Below, piece by piece: positions 19,335 to 26,732 of a stretch of DNA of 64,000 bases. Position 1 is the stretch's first letter. Each line of letters starts with the position of its first letter. Origin of the DNA: Alphaproteobacteria bacterium (lineage in GTDB: Bacteria > Pseudomonadota > Alphaproteobacteria > MPNO01 > UBA830); NCBI GenBank assembly GCA_965243135.1, contig OZ251539.1, positions 5,024,001-5,088,000 on the forward strand, in the 5' to 3' direction. The notes beneath the pieces were generated by a model, which saw nothing but the letters and a program-made list of their open reading frames with translations, searched no databases and was not told the DNA's origin. Both the position numbers and the translations under genes were made by a program.

Positions 19335-21575
19335 GTGAAGGGCGTTGCCGGTCCCGTCGTCAAGGATCTCGTCCTGATCGGCGGCGGCCACAGCCATGTC
19401 GCCGTGCTTCGGAGTTTCGGCATGTCTTCCCTGCCCGGCGTGCGTCTGACGCTCATCTGCCGCGACGCGCATACGCCTTATTCAGGGATGCTGCCGGGCT
19501 ACGTCGCCGGTCATTACGACTACGACGAAGCGCATATCGATCTCGGCGCGTTGTCGCGCTTCGCCGGCGCCCGTTTCTTTCGCGCCGCGGCGACGGGGAT
19601 CGATCTTGGACGGAAGCGGGTGATCTGCGACGGCCGGCCGCCGGTGCCGTTCGATATCCTTTCCATCAACACGGGATCTTCGCCGGGCGCGGTTCCGGGC
19701 GCCGCGGGAGCGGCGATACCGATCAAGCCCATCGATACCTTCCTCGACGGTTGGCAGGCGCTCCGCGAGCGGGCGGCGAGCGGGCCGCTTCGCATCGCCG
19801 TAGTGGGCGCGGGGGCGGGCGGCGTCGAAATCCTCCTCGCTGTCCGGCACCGCCTGGCCGAAACGCGCGCGGCCGCGGGACGCTCGGCCGACGACATCGC
19901 GTTCCGGCTGTTCGGCGATTCCGACGAGCTCCTGCCCACCCACAGCGCATCGATGCGCCGGACCTTTCGCAACTTCCTGCGCCGATGCGGCGTCGCGGCC
20001 CATCTTGGCCATCCGGTCGTCGAAGTTTCGCCCGGCAAGTTGCGCGACGCGACCGGCGCGGCGTTCGAAGCCGACGAGATCATTTGGGCGACCGGCGCCA
20101 GCGCGCCGGAATGGCCGGCGAAGTCGGGGCTTGCGGTCGACGGGCGAGGCTTCGTCAGGGTCAAGGATACGCTGCAGTCGGTTTCTCATCCGGACGTATT
20201 CGCAGCGGGCGACATAGCGTCCATGGACGATCACCCGCGCCCCAAGTCCGGAGTGTTCGCGGTGCGCCAGGGGAAACCGCTCGCCCACAACCTGCGGCAC
20301 CGGCTGCTCGGCAGGCGCCTGCGGCGGTACCGGCCGCAGTCGAATTTCCTGAGCCTGATTTCCGTCGGCGAAAAACGCGCGATCGCGTCCTACGGACCGT
20401 TGTCGTTCGGAGGGGCGGCCGTATGGAAGTGGAAAGACTGGATCGACCGGCGTTTCATGGTCAAATACAACGATCCGCCTTTCGAGGAAGAGGCCGGCTT
20501 CCCGCCGGAAATCGACGGACCCGACGCTCTCGACGCGGTCTCCGACGACGCCATGCGTTGCGGCGGTTGCGGCGGAAAGATCGGCGCGACCATTCTCGAA
20601 CGCGCTCTCGGCAACCTTTCGACCGTGCAGCGCGAGGAGGTCGTGGTCGGCCTGCGCGAGCCGGACGACGCGGCGGTCGTGGCGCCGCCGGCCGGCAAGG
20701 TCATGGTCCACACCGTGGATTCCTTTCGCGCCATGGTCGACGATCCCTACGCGTTCGGGAAAATCGCCGCGAACCACAGTCTGGGCGACATCTACGCCAT
20801 GGGCGCGACGCCGCAGACCGCGCTGGCGATCGCCAATCTGCCTTACGGCGCCGCATCCAAGGTCGAGGACACGCTGACCCAGATGATGTCGGGCGCCGTC
20901 GAGATCCTGAACGACGCCGGCTGCGTCCTCGTGGGCGGACACACCGCCGAGGGCGCGGAGCTGTCGCTCGGCTTCGCGATCAACGGCACGGTCGACAGGG
21001 AAAGAGTCATGCGCAAGGGCGGCCTTCGTCCGGGCGACGCGCTACTGATCACCAAGCCGGTCGGCACGGGCACGCTCTTCGCCGCGGACATGAGGTGCCG
21101 GGCCAAGGGACGATGGATCGCCGCCGCGCTCTCTCACATGGCGCAATCGAACCGGGAAGCGGCCGAGTGCCTGTTCGAACACGGCGCCACCGCGGTCACG
21201 GACGTCACCGGGTTCGGGCTGATCGGCCATCTGATGGAAATGCTGCGGTCGTCGGGCCTGGAGGCGACGATCAGCCTCGGCTCCGTCCCCGTAATGGACG
21301 GCGCCGAAGAAACGGTCGCGGCGGGAATGCTTTCGTCGCTGCAACCGCAGAATGCGCGGCTGCGGGACGCGGTCCGCGGGACGGCGGTCGCCCACCCCCG
21401 ATTCCCGCTCCTGTTCGACCCGCAGACGGCGGGCGGACTGCTGGCCGGCGTGCCGCCGGACCGGACCGCGGACTGCGTCGCGGCGCTGCGGGACCGCGGC
21501 TACGCGCGCGCTTCGATCATCGGCGACGTCGGAAAACCGTCGGGCCGTCCGGAGCCGATCGCCGTCGAACCGTGA
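19335..21575 (+). CDS. selD: Selenide, water dikinase fused to an N-terminal pyridine nucleotide-disulfide oxidoreductase
   Basis: GGGHSH, VGAGAGG and FAAGD, followed by RCGGCGGK, DDAAVV, NHSLGDIYAMG, TDVTGFGL and DPQTAGGLL. Confidence 0.9.
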   Translation: MKGVAGPVVKDLVLIGGGHSHVAVLRSFGMSSLPGVRLTLICRDAHTPYSGMLPGYVAGHYDYDEAHIDLGALSRFAGARFFRAAATGIDLGRKRVICDGRPPVPFDILSINTGSSPGAVPGAAGAAIPIKPIDTFLDGWQALRERAASGPLRIAVVGAGAGGVEILLAVRHRLAETRAAAGRSADDIAFRLFGDSDELLPTHSASMRRTFRNFLRRCGVAAHLGHPVVEVSPGKLRDATGAAFEADEIIWATGASAPEWPAKSGLAVDGRGFVRVKDTLQSVSHPDVFAAGDIASMDDHPRPKSGVFAVRQGKPLAHNLRHRLLGRRLRRYRPQSNFLSLISVGEKRAIASYGPLSFGGAAVWKWKDWIDRRFMVKYNDPPFEEEAGFPPEIDGPDALDAVSDDAMRCGGCGGKIGATILERALGNLSTVQREEVVVGLREPDDAAVVAPPAGKVMVHTVDSFRAMVDDPYAFGKIAANHSLGDIYAMGATPQTALAIANLPYGAASKVEDTLTQMMSGAVEILNDAGCVLVGGHTAEGAELSLGFAINGTVDRERVMRKGGLRPGDALLITKPVGTGTLFAADMRCRAKGRWIAAALSHMAQSNREAAECLFEHGATAVTDVTGFGLIGHLMEMLRSSGLEATISLGSVPVMDGAEETVAAGMLSSLQPQNARLRDAVRGTAVAHPRFPLLFDPQTAGGLLAGVPPDRTADCVAALRDRGYARASIIGDVGKPSGRPEPIAVEP

Positions 21576-21645
21576 AGCTCCATGCCTTGACGGCGACGCG
21601 GAGCGTGGGGCAGGTTCCGGGCGCTGCAGCAAGGAGCGAACCGTC

Positions 21646-22947
21646 ATGCGCGGATGGGTGCAGGAAGATTACGGACAACTGGTCGAACCCGGCCGGGTTC
21701 ACCGCCGGGTCTACACGGATCCCGACATCTTCGAGATGGAGATGGAGCGCATCTTCGGTCGCGCATGGATCTTCGTCGGCCACGACAGCATGATCCCCGA
21801 ACCGGGCGACTACGTAACCGCGGAAATCGGTCGGCAGCCGGTTATCCTGGTCCGCAACAAGGACGGCATGCCGCGGGTGCTGCTGAACCGCTGCGCCCAT
21901 CGAGGCGCCAAGGTCTGCAACGAGCTCCGGGGCAACGCGCGGCAATTCACCTGCCTGTATCACGGCTGGAGCTACGACACCGACGGCAGGCTCGTCGGCG
22001 TGACCATGCCGGAAGGAAGCGCGGGGGATTTCAAGCCCAACCGGTTCGGCCTCGCCCAGGCTCCGGGAGTCGGCCATTATCGCGGCTTCATCTTCGCCAG
22101 CCTCGCGCCCAAAGGATCCGGGTTCGACGAGTTTCTCGGATTGATGAAAGCCAATATCGACGATCTCGTCGACCGGGCGCCCGACGGCGAAATCCTGCTC
22201 GACGCAGGAAGGCATCGTTACAGCTATCGCGGCAACTGGAAGCTGCAGATCGAGAACGTTCTCGACTCCTATCACGTGCCTTTCAGCCACGCATCGACCG
22301 TCAACAGCAAAGGCGAGCAGTTCTCCCGGCGCGAGGGCGACGCGAAGGGCGCCGCCGTGATCGACCGGACGAAGGACAAGACCGCGGATTCCTGGAAGGG
22401 ACGGCGCTCCTACGCCGTCAGCTTCGGACACGGCTGGACCAGCAAGACCGACCTCGACGACAAGGGCCGGTCGAGCCCCGCCTACGACGCCTACAAGGCG
22501 GCGCTCGCCGCCAAGGCCGGGCAAGAACGGATGGAGGAGATCCTCACGCCGCGGTTCCACAACTCGCTGATCTATCCGAGCTGCTCGGTGATGGGCCTCA
22601 ACATCCACGTGCGCGTCGTCAGGCCGGTGGCGGTCGACCGCACCGAGGTGATCGTCTATCCGATCCGCCTCAAGGGCGCGCCGGACGAGATGAATACCCG
22701 AAACGTCCGGCTGCTCAACGTCACGCATTCCGCCGCCTCCTTCGTGCAGACCGACGATCTCGAGTCCTTTCGCCGAACGCAGGAAGGGCTGCGCAGCCTG
22801 CAGTCCGACTGGGTGGACATCTCGCGCGGCCTCGGTGAGGAAAAACAGGATCCGCGATGCAACGCGACCACTGAGTCGGCGATGCACGAAATGACGGTCC
22901 GCGCCCAGTACGCAGCCTGGCGATATTACATGTCGGGCGGCGCTTGA
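21646..22947 (+). CDS. Rieske aromatic ring-hydroxylating oxygenase, alpha subunit
   Basis: NRCAHRG...CLYHGW Rieske motif and ENVLDSYHVPFSH iron site. Confidence 0.92.
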   Translation: MRGWVQEDYGQLVEPGRVHRRVYTDPDIFEMEMERIFGRAWIFVGHDSMIPEPGDYVTAEIGRQPVILVRNKDGMPRVLLNRCAHRGAKVCNELRGNARQFTCLYHGWSYDTDGRLVGVTMPEGSAGDFKPNRFGLAQAPGVGHYRGFIFASLAPKGSGFDEFLGLMKANIDDLVDRAPDGEILLDAGRHRYSYRGNWKLQIENVLDSYHVPFSHASTVNSKGEQFSRREGDAKGAAVIDRTKDKTADSWKGRRSYAVSFGHGWTSKTDLDDKGRSSPAYDAYKAALAAKAGQERMEEILTPRFHNSLIYPSCSVMGLNIHVRVVRPVAVDRTEVIVYPIRLKGAPDEMNTRNVRLLNVTHSAASFVQTDDLESFRRTQEGLRSLQSDWVDISRGLGEEKQDPRCNATTESAMHEMTVRAQYAAWRYYMSGGA

Positions 22948-23459
22948 TGGACGTTTTCGCTCTCTCCGACGGTTCGGGGAGCGTTCCGGGCGTCGATCGG
23001 GAGCCGTTCGAGCTGTTTCTGATTCACGAGGCGCGGCTTCTGGACGACCGGCGGTTCGAAGACTGGATGGCGCTGTTTACCGAGGACGGGCTGTATTGGG
23101 TGCCGGCCTCGCCCGACCAGGCGGATCCGCATGGCAGCGCCTCGCTGTTCTTCGACGACCGGGAATTGATGAAGACGCGCATCGAACGCCTCCGGCATCC
23201 TCTGATCCACGTCCAGACTCCGCCGTCCCGCACCAATCACATGTTGGGCAATATCGTGGTCGAAGAGGCGACACCGGACGGGTATCTGGTCAGTTCTTCC
23301 GTATGGGTGGCCGAATACAGGCTGGATGCGCAACGCGTCTTTGCCGGGCGCCAGTTCCACCGCCTGCGGGAGGACGGGGAAGGTTTCAGGATCGCTCTCA
23401 AGCGCGTCCACCTCGTGAACTGCGATTCGGCCTTCGAGGCGCTGGCCGTTCCGATATAG
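22947..23459 (+). CDS. Ring-hydroxylating oxygenase, beta subunit
   Basis: EARLLDDRRFEDW...YWVP...PPSRTNH; TGATG coupling to the alpha subunit. Confidence 0.9.
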   Translation: MDVFALSDGSGSVPGVDREPFELFLIHEARLLDDRRFEDWMALFTEDGLYWVPASPDQADPHGSASLFFDDRELMKTRIERLRHPLIHVQTPPSRTNHMLGNIVVEEATPDGYLVSSSVWVAEYRLDAQRVFAGRQFHRLREDGEGFRIALKRVHLVNCDSAFEALAVPI

Positions 23460-23727
23460 CTTGCTGCGGGCAGCTATCGTGCGCGCGGCGCGGTGCGGAA
23501 ATCGGCGGTCACACTGGACTTATGCAAGAGCATCCAGGCCACGCGACCGGGCTGGCGCTTCTTTCCGTCACCAGTCAGCGCGGCTCGGTCAAGCTTGTGA
23601 TCGCTCGGATAGCGTGCGCATCCTGGATCGCACGCCAGGCTTTCGCCGACGACGTGCCGTTTCCGCAAGGGCTTCGTCGCTACGAACGATTCCAGCGGCG
23701 TCGGTCCAAGCAGGGGTGGTTTCCCGT

Positions 23728-24213
23728 TCATTGGCTCAATGTCTTCCGCAAGTCCTTCATGAGCAAGAACAGGTGATGGGGAACCGTGGGACTCGGCTCG
23801 AATTCCAAGGCTTCGTACCATGCCCGCGCCTCTTCGTCCTTGGCATGGACGAGGAGCGACGCCGACGATGTCGGCGGCCGTGGCGGTTCTGAGCAGAGCA
23901 TCCTCGACGAGCGCCTTGCCCAAGCCGCGCCCTTGACAGGTTCGGTCGATCGCGAGACGAGCGAGGGGCAACACCGGAACCGCATGCTTGGCCAACCCTT
24001 TGCCGATAGGCGCAGAGGCATGCTCCACCGCTCCCGTCGCGAGGCTGTAGTAACCAAGCACTGCGGATTCCCGGCAGACGACATAAGTCCGGGCGCTTTC
24101 GGCCTTCCGACTCGCCAGCGCGAACCGCTTCAGAAAACGGTTGAGCGGTTCCTTCCCGCAATCATCTCGCGTTGCCTCGAGTTTCTCGACCGATCCCCAT
24201 GCTCCGATATCAC
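23728..24213 (-). pseudogene. GNAT acetyltransferase toxin (TacT/AtaT-like), at least two frameshifts
   Basis: The pieces DCGKEPLNRFLKRFA...LGYYSL...LARLAID..QGRGLG and LLVHAKDEEARAWYE...LFLL lie in different frames from each other and from the GTG start at 24213. Confidence 0.85.
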
Positions 24214-24485
24214 TCCAGTACGCTCTTCTCAGCGAGCAATCGGGCCAAGCGCGGCTTGCCGACGACCGGGCGGTCGAGAATATCCCGGAAGGTTCGCCAC
24301 CGCCGTTCGTCGAGGCGGAACATCCGACGGTCGATCAGGGCGTCCTCGGCAGCGTTGATTCCTGCCTCGAGCAGAAACTCCGCAACGCTCTTGCGCGACG
24401 ATGCCGCAGCTTGCTGCAGCAACGCCTTTGTGCCCGGGGTGGCCCGAACCTCTATGTGCTCCGACTTGTTTTCGGCGATGGCCAC
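24210..24485 (-). CDS. DUF1778 (TacA/AtaR-like) antitoxin
   Basis: KSEHIEVRAT..KALLQQAA...F...LD.P...PRLARLL; GGAGG RBS and GTG start; GTGA overlap with the toxin. Confidence 0.85.
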   Translation of the reverse strand: MAIAENKSEHIEVRATPGTKALLQQAAASSRKSVAEFLLEAGINAAEDALIDRRMFRLDERRWRTFRDILDRPVVGKPRLARLLAEKSVLE

Positions 24486-24636
24486 GAACGTTCCTCCAAT
24501 CGGCTCGGTCGGCATTCTACAATACGGATACTGTACGGACAATAGCTCGTCGACTCGATTTCGATTCACCTTCCTCCTTCCTCTAACCGTTCAGTGTTCG
24601 AATCTGAAACTGACGGCTCGGTACAAAATAATGACT

Positions 24637-25701
24637 TTATTGATCAGTAAGATGTTCTAGATGCAAAACTCTCTCCCTAATTTCAATATTCTCTTGGCGC
24701 AACTTTTCATTTTCTCGTACAAGCTCGTTAATTTTATCATACATTACCTTCGAGGTTGCGTCCATTTTTTCTGTGTTGGTGATTGTTTTTTCTGTAACTA
24801 ACTCTATTTTCTTCCTAATCTCTGGAACTAGGGAATTGTATATTCCAGTTACGTTGCTATAAAATCCTCGAAAAAGAACAAAAACAGCGACTAAAAATGC
24901 CGCTATAGCAACTATACTATATCCTTGAATCTTCTTGACAGTTTTCGCAAATTTCTCCGCCTTTTCCTCAGATTTTCTTGCGCTTTTTTCGGCACTACTT
25001 GCCACTAATGGAATAGAGCTTCGAATTGGGACTTCAGCCTTATTTTCGTCAAACTGTCTGGCGGCCTTATTTATATAGTCACGAATATCGTCCCAAAATT
25101 TCTTGTCTTCTTTATAAAGAGCTTTTTGGCCGAGTTTCCCGGAGCTAGACGTCTTTGTCAATTCTACCCAAATGAGGCCTTCGTTTCTCGGTATAGCGTA
25201 GTCTTCATCCGTTAAATTGTGGAGGGGAATGCATAATTTCCCCCAAAATCCCGGGTCAACTAATGGTCCAGTCCCCAATAAAATACCTCGGTGCACATGC
25301 CGGATTTGAAGATTGAACCTCATCGCAATGAAGTTAGGAAGACGAAAATCTAGATCACATTCTACAAAGACTATAGAATTAGCTTTGACTATGAGATCCT
25401 TATCTCCTAATACTCTTTCTAACTTACCTTTGTCATTATATTTGTAGGCGTGACGGCCGATACGCCCTTCGTAAGATGCCTTCTTTAATCGCGATTTTTC
25501 CCTACCACCACAATAGAATGGTGAAATTGCTCCCGTTTTGTCTACATACTTCATTATTTCATCAGCAGAAAGAAGTGCAGGTTCGACATCCGGAAAAGGA
25601 TCTACTTGACCAGAATTTATAAAATCATTCGCCCGTCGTTCTCCGTCACTCCTGTCCAGTATTTTTTGATCCCTACTATTCTTGGTATTCATATCAGACA
25701 T
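24637..25701 (-). CDS. dCTP deaminase/dUTPase-fold protein (degenerate active site) with C-terminal TM helix and coiled coil
   Basis: LLS..EI, ASYEGRIG, RLP..IA, VDPGFWG and HNLT motifs; hydrophobic YSIVAIAAFLVAVFVLF; heptad-rich C-terminus. Confidence 0.8.
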   Translation of the reverse strand: MSDMNTKNSRDQKILDRSDGERRANDFINSGQVDPFPDVEPALLSADEIMKYVDKTGAISPFYCGGREKSRLKKASYEGRIGRHAYKYNDKGKLERVLGDKDLIVKANSIVFVECDLDFRLPNFIAMRFNLQIRHVHRGILLGTGPLVDPGFWGKLCIPLHNLTDEDYAIPRNEGLIWVELTKTSSSGKLGQKALYKEDKKFWDDIRDYINKAARQFDENKAEVPIRSSIPLVASSAEKSARKSEEKAEKFAKTVKKIQGYSIVAIAAFLVAVFVLFRGFYSNVTGIYNSLVPEIRKKIELVTEKTITNTEKMDATSKVMYDKINELVRENEKLRQENIEIRERVLHLEHLTDQ

Positions 25702-26732
25702 ATCTCCGATTCGATGATTCTAGATCCAGAAAATCCGCACCAATCAACTTTTTTACCAATATCTAATTCAATTCGATCAATGAATTTTCTAAGACCGCTG
25801 TTCGGATTCTTAATGTCTTGCTCCACGCCAACATAATCGAGATGATTCAAAACCAGTCGATTCGGCGTGTTGACATCAAGAGCGCGTTTTACGATTTCGG
25901 AATTAAAATAGCCAACCCTGCGCAATTTTCCGGTAACGGTCGTATATTCGCGCAAATCACTTTGGCATTCGATTTTACTGGCGATTTCTTCCCATGTCGT
26001 TTCCTCGGGAAGAGGACCGGAATCCCCGGCAACCCGGATCGGATAAGAGCGAATGACCATTGTGATATCATCGACATCCATGGGGCTCAATCCGGCTTCC
26101 GACAGAGCGCCGGCGGCTGTAGTAGATCGAGAAGTTGCTTTAGGCCAGTAACCGCCTTCGAGCAAAGAAAGCCCGAAACCCTGCGTGCCTTCTATGACGA
26201 CGCGGTTCCCGCTCTCGATTCGCTCGCGAAGATAACTCGATGTATCTTTGACATAACTCTCCAATCGAGCGTGATCTTCTGCAAACGCCGAGCGCAAAGG
26301 GAAATTCGCCGCTTCGCGAGCGACGGAAGCCATGACCGCGGCGCCCACGCCCGATCCGGTGGAGCCGATCGTTTCCGTCAATCCTGCTGCCTTCTCCCAT
26401 TCCCGATGTTCCGCCCTGATGATATGGGCGTAAGCGCTGACATGAATGCGATCCCGCGGATAATCGAGCTTTTCGATCTCGGTCAGCAGCACATCGACAT
26501 CGATATAAGATCCCGCCGGCAGCACCACATCAACATTCCCGTCGACGCAAGCGGCCGGAAGCTGGCGCAAAACGTGCTTCGTTCCCGATCTATCGTAAGC
26601 CGTATGCCCGGAATTAGGCCCCCCGACGCGCACCGCGACAGCCGGGGCTCTTGAGCGCCTCACTATTTCCAAGGCTACCTTTCCCTTGCCCTCCGAGCCG
26701 AACTGACCCCCGATCACGATCGAAACAGGCAT
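25689..26732 (-). CDS. Short-form adenylosuccinate synthetase homologue, PurZ/PurZ0-like (347 aa)
   Basis: GGQFGSEGKG, GGPNSGHT, IGSTGSGVG, IEGTQGFGLS, PIRVAG.SGPL, TTVTGKLRRVG and NHLDY motifs. Confidence 0.85.
   Translation of the reverse strand: MPVSIVIGGQFGSEGKGKVALEIVRRSRAPAVAVRVGGPNSGHTAYDRSGTKHVLRQLPAACVDGNVDVVLPAGSYIDVDVLLTEIEKLDYPRDRIHVSAYAHIIRAEHREWEKAAGLTETIGSTGSGVGAAVMASVAREAANFPLRSAFAEDHARLESYVKDTSSYLRERIESGNRVVIEGTQGFGLSLLEGGYWPKATSRSTTAAGALSEAGLSPMDVDDITMVIRSYPIRVAGDSGPLPEETTWEEIASKIECQSDLREYTTVTGKLRRVGYFNSEIVKRALDVNTPNRLVLNHLDYVGVEQDIKNPNSGLRKFIDRIELDIGKKVDWCGFSGSRIIESEICLI

Noticed and set aside
20540-20600. Selenocysteine recoding in selD
   Set aside because: The active site is encoded by TGC Cys codons and there is no in-frame TGA.
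25689-26732. Ordinary housekeeping purA
   Set aside because: It is much shorter than proteobacterial PurA, the catalytic Asp is replaced by Ser, and it sits in an AT-richer accessory operon.
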